A DNA stretch of 64,000 nucleotides from Enoplolaimus lenunculus. Its lineage: Eukaryota. The DNA is taken from positions 372,001-436,000 of the forward strand of contig JASANG010003696.1 of assembly GCA_030248215.1 (NCBI GenBank), read 5' to 3'. Position 1 is the first letter of the stretch; every line of letters begins with the position of its first letter. The notes below the pieces were generated by a model that searched no databases, was not told the origin of the DNA, and was given only the letters and a program-made list of their open reading frames with translations. Of the stretch, positions 11,330 through 23,750 are shown in pieces. The position numbers and the translations under genes were made by a program.

Positions 11330-13180
11330 CATAGCGAATAAATATGCGGTCTGCAGGGTATAACAAGCACTATTTGAGTCCGGCGATACCTTTTAGTTCT
11401 CGAACGTAACAAATTCAAACCCGCTGTGCATTTCAGATCTGGACTGTCTTACATGTCAGCATTGTTGCCCACACATAAGACATCCACGGAGTAGCCCCCA
11501 TATAAGGTTGGGACCCTGCACCTAAGCATAAGCCACCTATCCTTGGCGATCCCAATCTTATGATTGTGCGATGGCAAAACTTGTAGAATCGGCTTAGCTA
11601 CGCTGGCTTAGCCGTGTTCGGGATAGGATTTCCGCGCCCAGATCTGGAGTGCACTTGCATTCCCAGTCCTTATCCGTCATCACCGGACCCATTTATGGCT
11701 TAAGAAATCAGTAAATTTTTAACCTACTAAAAACCGGCCAGCCAAATACATGGCTGTACTGCAATAAAACAAAACTCGGGACCAGGAGACTCATAATCCT
11801 TGCGCATTCCTACCCCTGGTTAAAACATCTGACCACCGTGGCGAGACTCCCTCGCCATCCGGTGGGCAGGCAAAATTCGGAGCGCGAGGAAAAATAAATT
11901 CTTGGTAAAAAGGATCTGGTCAAAAAGGAAAAAGAAAAACGGGACCCGCGCCGCCTATTTTTAAGGCTGTAGAAATTTTACTTACACAGAACATTCGAAA
12001 CTCCCTGGATCCAAAAATCAACCGGAAAAAGAAAAAGAAAAAGAAAAACACCCATTCCCAGTCCGGACAATAACAACATATTCTAACTCGGACTCGCTCG
12101 GTCGCGAATCAAGCCAGTCCGAGTCAGAGTCAACAAAAACAGCCCCGTCCAGCGAGGATTGACGCGTCAAGAACGAACAAAGCTGGTTAATTAGGGTAAA
12201 AAACAATCTCAACTTTAAAGCTGCAACAAACAATTTAGGAGCTCCCAAAAAATATGTGAATTTTCCCATATAAACTCGACACCTATGTTTTATTATTTAA
12301 AAATAATGCAGATTGAACATGTTAAAACTTTTTCGCCTGATTCCCTGGTACCGCTGACACATCCGGCCACCGGTACGCGAGAGAACATCTTGACAAATTC
12401 AAAATTTAGCGTAGCCGACTTCTGTGCTCGAAGCCGGCCACATCGGCGAGTGAAAACTGTAAACCAAAGACATGAAAATTACGCTTAGAAGGCATCCGCA
12501 AAATTTATGTGCCATACTGGCAACCTGAACACGAAAGCAAACTGAATGCCTAAATTGTAGAATCGGCAGCGGCTTTTATACCCTGCCGGATGGCTAAACC
12601 AAATTTGCATAATTAGAAGCTTATTTGCATAAGCTTCCTAAAATTTTGTAAAATTAGCATAAATTTCTGAAAACCGGCCAGATAGTTATGGTCAAAAATT
12701 TTCGAATTCGGAGTGAAAACAACAACTACAAAAAAAACAACGACAACAACAAGAGCAACAACATTGCAACTAGTAAACCAAAATAAACAAGGAACCGGAG
12801 GGGGAAGAAAATTATGAAAGATCAATTAAGTTAGGGTAGCAAGACGTTTACATGAGGTGGGTGTCTGTTCAGATGCACTGCGCAGGCTGCTCACGCTCAG
12901 AATCTGAAATTTCCAGCTGCTGAAATAAATGCTAGAGGAGCGCCTGACCCCGTGCCACTTGCTAGCGTCCATGGGGTACACGTCCGCACCGCGTCTCAAA
13001 TGTAATAACTGCAAGCAGCTGTGACCCAAAGCGGAATCGCTCCGCGATAACCGGGCAAATTTTGCAGAATATCATAACCTCAAAAGCGCGCAACCAGAGG
13101 CATCCCTACAGAAACGATCAACCTTCAACAAGCCTAATTACAAAGTTTGAGAGCTTTCGTAAACGAGAAAGAGAAAGATG
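11330..13180 (-). mobile_element. Degenerate retroelement-like segment with promoter-like signals and a broken SGNH-esterase-like frame
   Basis: Segment is GC-richer than its flanks. Minus-strand TATAAAA (12574-12580), TCAGT (12541-12545) and AATAAA (~12290). Interrupted frame at 11340-11670. Boundaries are approximate and no RT or integrase was seen. Confidence 0.35.
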
Positions 13181-13185
13181 CTTGT

Positions 13186-13410
13186 GCGACTGTATATACT
13201 AGGGCCGTAATAGTAGCACAAGCATTTTTCTAAGCCTAAGCCTAAACGTAAGAATAAGCTTACACCTAAGCCAATGCCTAAGTCTAAGTCTAAGTATAAC
13301 AATGAGTTTATACTTAAGCCTAAGCTTAAACAAAAAATAGTCTAAAGCTTAAGCTTATTCTACTGCAATCCTGCAGAAAAACAGTTCAACCCCTGATTTT
13401 TACATGCGCC
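13186..13410 (-). mobile_element. TTAGGC-containing MITE (family A)
   Basis: GCCTAA arrays, AAAAAATAGTCTAAAGCTTAAG core, end CTGATTTTTACATGCGCC. TSD not recognisable. Confidence 0.75.
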
Positions 13411-13747
13411 GAAGTTTTTAACCATTTCATTGTGATAACAGTAACAAATTATAATTTTGGATGTAACGAAGCGTAATACACTGTAAATTCAAGTAAGTTG
13501 ATTTTAACTCAGAATGAGTTGAATCCACTCAAAAATCTAAGCTTTGAACTAGGTATTTCAGAACTCAGAATTCTGAATTGTTTCAACTCATTCTGAATTA
13601 AACTAATAAACTCATCCAGAATTATAACCGGTTTTGCTCAGCATTTTTCTGTGAATGTCATAAAAATAAAATTTATAATAAGATTTTATTGCTGTTATAC
13701 GGCAAAGGAACAATTAAAATCATCACAGGTGTTGACAGTTTTTGTTA

Positions 13748-14046
13748 AGCTCCATTCACACGTGAAAGTGTTTGCAGCGAGAACTCGCAGCTGCAACCTA
13801 CACGAAATACTACTTGCAGCTGCAAGTATTGTCAAAGGAACATTCCGACTGACCAATCAAACTGCAAGTGTAAGAAATTCAAGCGACTTGCAACTGCGTT
13901 CACAGGTACGAATTAAATTCAATAGCATAAATGCTAGTAAATAATTTGCCGTTGCAAGAACTTCAAAGCTGCTTTGTTACCAAACTTGCACATGCACGTT
14001 GCAAGTTTTATGCTGCAAAAACTTGCCTATGTGTCGAATAGGGTTT
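13748..14046. mobile_element. MITE with AGCCCTATTCACAC-like TIRs (PIF/Harbinger-like); related left end at ~63806
   Basis: TTA|AGCTCCATTCACAC...GTGTCGAATAGGGTT with internal TTGCAG/CTGCAA repeats. TAA|AGCCCTATTCACAC at 63803-63819. Confidence 0.5.
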
Positions 14047-17000
14047 GAACCTCAAATGTTATATAAAATTATCTGTCATCTGTCGAGTTGTAGAAAAACC
14101 AACAAAATTGAGTTTATATTTCACCATAATTATAAAAATCAAAACTTTCGATTCGAATGAAGCAGCAAGAATTGTAAAACTAAGCAAAAATTAATCTTCT
14201 AATTGGTTTAAAAAAAATTTAGTTTGTGACAATTGATGCTGGAAGATATTAACAAGGGTACGCGGCAAGTTTACAGTAGGAAGACGGATTTAAACGGAGC
14301 ACACAGCATTAAAATCCTAAACACGGCAATAAATATATTGTCCCGTTCATCTGAGTCGTATACCGAACAATTTAGGGCTGCGACCAAGGATTGCCCCAAC
14401 TAATTTAGCAGCAGCAGTACCAAGAATAAGCCCTATATACAAGTTTTAAAATATTTCAGATGTCATCAAATGCATGTCAAAAATTAATTATATTAAAACG
14501 TAAAATTTGTGATCAATTCATATTAATTGACAGTCAAATTTTTATTTGAAATCCAAAATAAAATCAAATTTAACTAATTTCGTGACAGTTGTGAACATCA
14601 GGAAGCGAGGGTCGTTCAAATGCTTATGAATTATAAAGAACAGGTTCCAAACAAAATTGTGAAAGCTGAAGATAAGCATAAACATTATATCTACTAGTCA
14701 GCCGACTTTGAGCAATGCGTAAAATGTAGCGAACCCATAACAATCTGCATGCAATGTTTTTTCACAGAACTATCACATTTCTGTTCTAAGAAAATAGTGT
14801 AAACAAAGTAATGCTGAAATGTTGCCCAAGTACGTATGCGGGGTATTCCAGTTTTAATTATATAAATATAAAAAGCTGGAGAGTGCTACATACGTATTTT
14901 GGGCACCGTTGCAGCACAACTAAATATTGTTTTTAACAATATATAACAAAACGTTCTACAAAATAATTATAGTACGCTTGGTCATCTCTTCCAGCTGGCG
15001 TTGGTCCAAAGATGTTTTGATTTTGAAAATTTCTGCTTTTTTGACCTGCTCATAACCTCCACTGGTTATTCCACATCCAAATTTGGATATTTGAAAATTT
15101 TGGCTTTAATGTCTCACGGTCAACAGAATTTTTTTGTTAAAGTGGTAAGGTCCCTACTTAACAGTTTTGCTCTCAAAATTTTTTTATAAAAAATTTTCTC
15201 GCAAAATTTTTTCGCAAAAAACAGTGTCTCTACCTTGCAATTTTTCGCCCCCAGAAAATTTTTTGGTTATACAATGATAAGGGTCCTACCTTACAATTTT
15301 CACGTTTAAATATTTTAACTGAAATATGAAGCGCAAGCAGGAAGTTTATCTTAGTCATCAATATTTAAGCCCCAATCAGGAGGAGTCCGTATTCCTAAGA
15401 AGAGTCCGTAAGCGGAGAGTCCCTGAACACTAACTAAATGTCAATTATCCCTAATTGTAGTACGTGAACGAAATAAAGTTGAGTTGGAAACTTTAAAGCA
15501 TACTTAAGTTTTCAAAGTACATTCCTAACCTTGCGTTATCGCTCAACCTTTTGATACAAAACAAATATTAAACTTATAATTCAACGGATAAAAAAACCAA
15601 AAACAAACAAAAAAACCAAAACACCAAAAGCACAGAAAAAACCCGAAAATAGCGCAAAACAGCACAAACAAAACACCCCCCCCACCCAACAAAAACACCA
15701 AAAAAAGACGAACGAAAAAAAAAAAAAAAAAACAAAAAAAAAAAAAAAAAAAAGAAAAAAAAACAAAAAAACAAAAAAGTTGTCAATACTGGTGTATCAG
15801 TAACGAGAGACAGCGGACGTCGGATTGAAAATAAATAACAGTCCGTAACCGAATAACGGATGGGGCACCCTTTGAACAGGCCGAATAAATATCAGTCCCC
15901 TCTCTTATTAAGGTTCCTTTTCAGTATTCAAGTTTAAGTAATACTCTCAAATATATACTGCCTCAATTTTGGAATACGCATAGCGAGAAATGAACCCTTG
16001 TCGAGATAGCGTAAATCTTGTGAACTCAACCTAAATTCCTGCTCACTCGTACAATTTTGCCAGCATAAATTTGTAGATTCAACTTTAGCTAAAACAGTTT
16101 TCGACTAAAACTTTTGCATGCATTCGTTGCAATTGGGCGGCGTTTATTAGTAAACAAAAAACTTGCACGTGTGAACAAGGCTTTCAGCGCAACTTTTACG
16201 CATTTAAATAAAAATGTAAACAACATGCTTTTGCCGTTGAAATTGGCGACTTTAAACAAAATCGCTCACAATTCTCGATCGTTTCAAAACAGTTTGGACG
16301 AAAATATGTTTATCATTTTAAAATTAACCCTCGGTTATGATTTCAAAAACACAACTCGTCTGCCGATGTGGATTATATTAATTTTGATTATATTGAAAAT
16401 ATACGGGTCATGCATAATCAATTAGTTGCCAGTTGACGAAGTTAAATTCAAGTTTGATGTTGTTATCGAATCCAATTATAATATTTACTGCGTTCATCAT
16501 TGTACGCTGATGATGCTTTTCTATTCGAGAATTTTTAAAAGATAATTGTTTACCTGTGTTGTATGCGTTCGATCGTCGCAAAGTCGTACTGACAAAATAG
16601 AATTAATTTGTAAAATTATAATGTGCCGAACAGACAGGCATGTAGCCAGCTCACTTTGCTTGGAGAAGGCTAAAAAATTTTTTCATGAGGGACACACAAG
16701 AGTGTTCAATGACTTACAAGCAAGGTTGAAAATTTTCTATTCAAGACAATTTTGCCATGACAGTGTTGAGCTTTTACGGCAACCCCTTTACGACGGGCGT
16801 TCATATTGTGCGTTGTTTATAAGGCTTTTATAAAAGAAACACTAGTGTGAACGAACCGTAGTTATTAAGTATAGTAAAGCTCGGCTAAACCAAAACGCTT
16901 ACGCTAAGGCTTAGGAATACGCTTAATCTACTGTTACACCCCTTAAAGTAACATTGGCGAACATGTCTATGAATTTATCAAATCAATGATATAGTACCAT

Positions 17001-18566
17001 AATGCAAGATGTAACAGAATATGTTAGGAATCGGTGTTTGTTTCCGTTATAGAAATACCGAAATTTCCGTTATATTTTCATGCTCAAAATTAGTTATAAA
17101 TCACATATATATCGCGTAATTTTACATTACAGATAAATGTTCGATGTGATACCAAAAATTATAAAATTTGACCAAAATCGTAAAAATTTCAGTGCATCCG
17201 CTATTCCTTGTTTAAAGATGTCCGAAACCGCAGTGAATATTTGCATGCGTCAATTGGGTTGGCAGCTAAAAATAAAACATCTTTGAAACTGTTATATTGT
17301 AACATATATCCGTTTTCGTTTTCCGTTTCTTGTTATTTTGATCGCTATCTGTTTTCGTGACCGTTTCCGTTGCTTTTACTATTCGTTTACACCCTGCCAT
17401 AATATGATTAATATTTACAGCTAAATATTGTTTATAAAATGGCACGTAATAAACGTTATGGCAAAATATTACCATTTGCCACGGCAGGTATCACCCTCGC
17501 GTAAAAACATCTTACCTGTCACACATCATTTGTGCAGTTAAAATGCCGTCAGACATTAAACAAACAATTTTCGACTGAAATCTGTAAACCTACAACCAGA
17601 TGCGGATCCAAAAAGTTCTGACCGCGAAGCAGCGGCCTGGCAAATGTTATGAAACGCAAAAATTGTAAGGTAGGAGGGACCTTATCATTTTGTCACAAAA
17701 ATGCTGCGGGAAAAATTTTAAAAAAATTGTTAGGGACCTTACCATTTTAACACAAAAAAGTTTCTGAGGGTGGGGGGCGTACGTTCCCCCGCCCCCTCCT
17801 CTGGATTCTCTGCTAATGCCTACAACGTTCAGTTAACTGATGTCAGGTGTAAACGACTAGTAAAGATAACAAAAACATATATTAATTAAAATAACGGAGC
17901 CAAAAAATGGATGACCCATTCCCAAACCCTACTGTCAAGGACTCAAGTCATTCGGACGCCAACTGCTTTCAAACACCACATCAAAGTCCCTTGCACACTT
18001 ATAAACCTACCCATGTATTTTCCGCGAATCCTTTTCGATTGGATGAGATCTGCAGCAAAAAAGCGATATCGTTCAAATTTATGAATATCGCGGATGTCAT
18101 AGAAACTAAAAACAGCTTTTTAATATATGACGGGCTGAACTGTGAACGTAAGCAACGCCTTATCTTGAGGCTTTACCTAATTTAATTATTAAGCACAGTC
18201 TGATTTCAATACTGAGTTTTAGAATGACCTGTTTACCGATTTGTGTAATATATAATTGGTTACGCTCCAAAACTCGCCATTTATATATATATCTAATTTA
18301 GTCTAAGGGTCTTTAAAAAACTTATATAATGAGCATAGCAAGGCGGAAAATTTACTTTTGTCGCAACAGACCTGATTCCGCAAAAATATAAAGAACAAGT
18401 TATTTGCCGGATAGGCAAATATAGGGTCACCGCAAGTCAAAGATGGTAAATTATTTCATCTGCGGGCATTCAGATTTTCAATTGTTTGCATAAACGTAAT
18501 TGAGTCGTCTTAAATTTTTTGGGCACTAAATTCAGAAAGATTTGACATCTAATCAAGTCAGCGTAA

Positions 18567-19221
18567 TGCGGGGTTCACGTTATAACTGGGGCAGCTTGGG
18601 ACACGTTTTGTCCAAGTTGATTCGACGTCAACATAAAATTTTGTGATCCGAATTGCGGTTATGTAGACAAAATGTGAATGTCACATGACATTGACATACA
18701 AATCACTGATCTCAAGCGATCATCGTATACAAATAGCCATTTGCCATATGATAATGATACTGCGAGACATTTATGCGAATATCATATGATATTCCAAAAT
18801 TCTACTAAATATCATGATATTATGTAGGACAATGGAATTTGTGCGCGCTAATAAAACAGTAAAAAGTCAGATAATGCAACATTGAATGATTTCGAAAGTT
18901 GAATTAGCTTCTACGTTTTTGCTTCTCGCTGAATTTTTCCCAAAATATATTCCTAAGTACAAACAATTTAAATTTCAAATTTTAGTATCATATGACATTC
19001 TACAGGATAATCAAGCTAGTTTACGAGAACTTTGCAGACATTTTCAAACATATCATATGATACTCGCAGACAACGTTTGGAATATCATGTGATATTGCAG
19101 TACAAACAGTAGATGTCGCATCAGGATAGCAGACAATTCAAATTTTTTGAAAATGTTACCAGCTATAGTCATAGGGACAAAACGTGTTCCGTGCTGCCCC
19201 AGTCATAACGTGAACCCCGCA
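18567..19221. mobile_element. PIF/Harbinger-like MITE with ~45-bp TIRs; partial copies at ~9440-9650 and ~33675-34060
   Basis: TAA|TGCGGGGTTCACGTTATAACTGGGGCAGC...GCTGCCCCAGTCATAACGTGAACCCCGCA|TAA. A 3-bp TAA/TTA target is the PIF/Harbinger hallmark. Confidence 0.8.
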
Positions 19222-21473
19222 TAACATTATATTGGGTGCAAGCACGATTCAACGTTTTTAATGTTTAATAAATATATTTACGAATGTATTTATTTTTTAG
19301 CCCCACTTGCTTTCCTTTCGTAACAATACTTTACCTTATCGCTATGCAATGTTGTCATGGCTTTGTGCAAGCGCATGGATTTAGTTTATGCAAGGATTAA
19401 TTTTCTCGGAATACCACGTCTAGTTATAAAAGCTAAAAAATGATGATAGGGCTAACAACTCTTCTTAGAATTTTTGTTTTTATCAACGCTACACTTCGCC
19501 GTATATCTTGCCTGTTAGATTGACATAAAATTGTCCACCCAGGTCTGAAAACTTACCGTTTGTGGGGCCTATAGTTAGCGAAGCTGGGAGTAATGCTTCA
19601 ACGGACGGCGAAAGCTGTTGTCGTACTCTCGTCGCAGTGAGTAGCAAGGTGCCGTTGAGCTGAGTTACCGGAGCAGAGTAACTAATTGGCTTCACGAATG
19701 CCCGTTAAAAGGGCAAATACACCACTTTTTGTACTGTATTCAACTTAACATGCAAGATAATTTGCCGGATTTAGTAATTTGAACAGCAAGGCATAAACTT
19801 GTCAGTAAATTTTACATTACAAAAATTTGTCACAATTTTAGCTCGAAAGCCTTCCATGAAAACAGCTTCAAATTAGCACCTGCAGTGTTCGAGGGTTGAC
19901 CCGAATAAGAGGGGGGTAATAAGAGGGGCGGGTTCCCATTTTGAGTCCCGATCAATATGAGTGCGTATCCCTAATAAGAGTCCGTAAGCGGATAGAGTCC
20001 TTAAACCTTAATTTGAGTCCATAAATGTCAATTATCCCTAATTGTAGCGCATAAATGACTCCAGTTCCAAATAGTTTGACTTCGAAACTGTAAAAAGAGT
20101 ACTTAAGTTTTGTAAGTACATTCCAACGTATAACCTTGCATTTTCGCTCAAGCTATTGACACAACACAAACAAACATTTAATTAAACGGATAGTTGCAGT
20201 ACCGGATATATATCAGTAACGAAGGGTTGCGGAGCGTGGAATAAATAACAGTCCGTAACCAAATAACAAGGGGTGTACCCTCTGGAGAGGTCAAATAAAT
20301 ATCAGTTCCCCTCCTCTTATTCGGGTCAATAGAGTAGCATTTAAAACGAGCGCATGAATTCGAGAGGCATTTTAGCGTAGAATTAATTTCATAGCAAAGT
20401 TAAAAAACGTTCTTATGTATCTATAGCGTATAAACCTTTGAAGATTGCCGCTAGCAAAAACAGGAGTCACCGTCCGAGGGCGGTGACAATAAGTGCATTT
20501 GTGTCAACCTATTCAATGATATTTTTCGACGGTTTATATATTAATGTCGACCACAAAGGCTTGTTTCAGGACCGTTTCGATCCCGTCCGGCGAGTACAAT
20601 ATAATCATCTGACGATGGCTGATAAATCAAATAAAATGTTTAATATTTTAAATTTAATAAAAATTCAAAGGTACCCTAAAACGTCATTTATATTTTCTGA
20701 GTAATTTGGACCAATTTGCTCTGCGCGACAAGTTTAGGGTCAAGGAGAACACTGTAAAGCTGCCGTCGTTCGGTACTGGCCCAAAGTGGCGGTCTGCCAC
20801 TGTCGGACTGTTTAGATCCGTCACACGATTTGGGCAATGGTGTTCTGTTTGGATAGTGATCCACGGTGGTAGTACCATAGACCGCCCCACGTTCTGCATT
20901 GCGATTCACATTACCGTGGAAGTTCCCACAGAAATTGTTTTGTTGTTTGGTTGCTATCTTTGTTGGTTTGACAGAAAGTATATATAGTTACATAAGTTCA
21001 ACGCTTTTCAAACCATTTATAGAATGTGATATTGTTCTAAACGAAATCCAAGCCTTATATAAACTTCTTGACGTTCTTATGTTAATGTAATTTTTAGATT
21101 TAAGCTCGCTTTATCGTCTATTATACCACGGAACAATAATGCATTATTATTATTATGCATGAGGCTCCACAGCCAAGAAAAGGGCCCAAGAGGTATTAGT
21201 CATCGCTGGAAAAATTTTGGTCCCCATAGAAAATTTTCAGCCTTGCATGTAAGCCATCGAAAACCCTATCGTATGTTCCTTCTGAAAAATGTTTGGCTCT
21301 CATGGCAAGGCGAGCTGGCTATACGCCTGTATGACTGAGAAACACGCAATGCGATATGACTTAGTCTTCATGAACCGAACGAAATCGGCTGTGTATTACT
21401 GGCCGGTGCAAGCGAATTATAATCAATTATGTCCTAATTCAATTTGAAGCTAAGAAACAAAACAAGTAGCTGT

Positions 21474-21828
21474 ATGCTCTCTAAAAGCTTAAACTAACTT
21501 GATTTAAGCTTAAGCTAATGCAGCGGCATTACACTAACTTGCTACATTAAAGAAATCTCACAGGTTGCGATTACGCTTAACCTCGTTTAAAATCTTATAT
21601 ATTTTTAGTTTAAGTTAAACTTTAACTCTGAAATACGCATAACTTCTGGGCTGTTCTTGTTACTTGCAAAATAATTTTTACTTAAACTCGTGTTATACTA
21701 ATAAATATTAAGTTAGTCAATTTAGTTTACAATTCAAGTTTAGTTAGTACATCCAGCCATTTAAGTTTTACTTAAATCAATAATAAACTTTAGTTCAGCT
21801 ATAATTTAAGTTTAAATTTTAGAGCGTG
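21474..21828. mobile_element. AT-rich MITE with CTCTAAAA...TTTTAGAG ends; inverted partial copy at ~520-790
   Basis: AACTAACTTGATTTAAGCTTAAGCTAATGCAG and AACTTCTGGGCTG match the reverse complement of 600-770. Confidence 0.55.
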
Positions 21829-22199
21829 TGGCGTTTGGTAGAAATATCTGTTCCACCAAGGGAAGCGAATACATTTGTGACCCTATTTAAACCAAAACAG
21901 TGAACTTTTAAATGAAATCACATCCTCATTGCGTTTTTCAACAAAATTCACATTTGAAACAAGCTATTGTGAGAATTTTAGCAACAAACTAGAAAATAAT
22001 GGTATTCCCTTCTATTTCAATAATCGTACGTCAAAGTTTAGTACTGAGACAGCTGGTAGACGTGCTGTGTAATAATAGAAATTAACAGAAATAGATAATA
22101 GGAATTAGGCTTATATACGTATGGAGTACACTTTGAAATTAAAGCAATACACTAAATGCTGTTTTGTATATATGAAAACAGTTATGAAATAAACTATTT

Positions 22200-22361
22200 G
22201 GCCCATTTTACTTTAAGGGGCGTCCAGGTTTCTGGTGGGTCCATAAAACCGTAAGTTTAGATTTTAGATTACATTTCTTTGCTTAGGCTTAAGCTTAGGA
22301 TTAGGTTTACGCTTAGGAATCCACTTAATCTAATGTTACGCCCCTTAAAGTAACATTGGAC
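22200..22361 (+). mobile_element. TTAGGC-containing MITE (family B)
   Basis: GGCCCATTTTACTTTAAGGGGCG...CGCCCCTTAAAGTAACATTGGAC, perfect 8-bp TSD AACTATTT. Confidence 0.85.
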
Positions 22362-22642
22362 AACTATTTCGTAGAAACTCAACTGTATACGAAACTGTTG
22401 GCGGCGGTGTCCTTGGTTTGCAAACTGCAAAAGTATCCAAAACCCCTAAACCAAATGCCAAAAAGGGCAATGGACCCGTCATCCCCTGTTCGTCTAATTA
22501 CGGTTTTGAGCTTCGAACACTGGCTTAGGCTTAGGTTACAAAATGCTCACAATGTTGAACAGTTGCCAAAACGCAAATAGGGTAACTAGAGTCGAACGTC
22601 GATAAAGTTTACAACTGTTTACGTTCAATCCAGACATGAAAC

Positions 22643-22836
22643 GGCCCATGTAAAGATCAGGTGCGGAACGTTTTTTTATGGGACTGGAAAACAATAAAAG
22701 CTAAAGCTTTAGACTATTTTGCTTGGTTTAGGCTTAGGCTTAGGAATAAACTCATTCTTACGATTAGACTTAGGCTTAGGCTTAGGCTTAGGAATATGCT
22801 TATACTACTGTTACACTCGTGTTCTTTACATTGGCC
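22643..22836 (+). mobile_element. TTAGGC-containing MITE (family A)
   Basis: GGCCCATGTAAAGATCAGG...TCTTTACATTGGCC with tandem TTAGGC. TSD is degraded. Confidence 0.82.
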
Positions 22837-23322
22837 CAAACAAAATCACGCAGTTAAAATGATGTTCAAAAATTGGCTAGTTTTTACGCTATACTGTAGT
22901 GACCGAAATAAGAGGTGGTACTGTGATTTGTTTTGCAATTCAAAAGCGACGTCTGTCATTCGGTTACAGATGGTTACTTATTTCAATGCATCCCACGTTT
23001 GTTGGACCCTTCTGTTTGGCTTCCTTTATTTGGACAAATCTGACAAGTTCCGATGCATATTTGTTGATTGCCATGTTTGTTAATCTTTTTTTATTTAATA
23101 AAGTTTATGTAAGTCGTCTGAGTGTCTGGTACAACATACTTAACCAATCTAGGAAATTCTGATTTATGGACTAATAAGGATTTATACACTTTATCCACTA
23201 ACGGAATCTAATTAGAGATACGGACTCCTATTGATCAGGACCCAAGATGGGGACATCTTATTTTCCTTCTTATTCGGGTAACTATACTGCGTAAAAAAAA
23301 AACAAAAACAAAACAAAAAAAA

Positions 23323-23386
<64 letters not shown>

Positions 23387-23450
23387 AACAAACACAACAA
23401 AAAAAAAAACAACAAAAAAAACAAAACCACCACAAAAAACAAAAAACAAA

Positions 23451-23750
23451 TTCAGGTCAGTTACTAATTGGCCTACAGGCTAATCTGTTATTCTAAGCAA
23501 ATAGCAGTGTGGCCTATAGGCAAAATAGCGATTTTGAAAAGTAGCAAAACAACAGTGATGTAAAAACCAACGCTGATTGGTTAACGTTGTTGCGTACGCC
23601 CAAATAGTCGAATCTGATTGGTCTATAAGTTCAATAGCAGTTTAGCCCAGGACAAACTGCGATTGAACTTATAGAATAATCAGATTCGATTATTTTAGAA
23701 CGACACATAAAATAGCAGATTAGCCCACGCCAATTAGTAATTGTCATGAA
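23451..23750. mobile_element. Foldback/inverted-repeat element
   Basis: TTACTAATTGGC..GGCTAATCTG pairs with CAGATTAGCC..GCCAATTAGTAA, and inner TCGAATCTGATT..CTATAAGTTCAAT pairs with ATTGAACTTATAG..AATCAGATTCGA. Confidence 0.65.

Noticed and set aside
15574..15786. Phe-rich membrane-protein ORFs (also 23212-23442)
   Set aside because: Translations of A-rich low-complexity tracts.
22700..22800. True telomere or chromosome fusion point
   Set aside because: TTAGGC runs are short, degenerate and enclosed in TIR/TSD-bounded elements.
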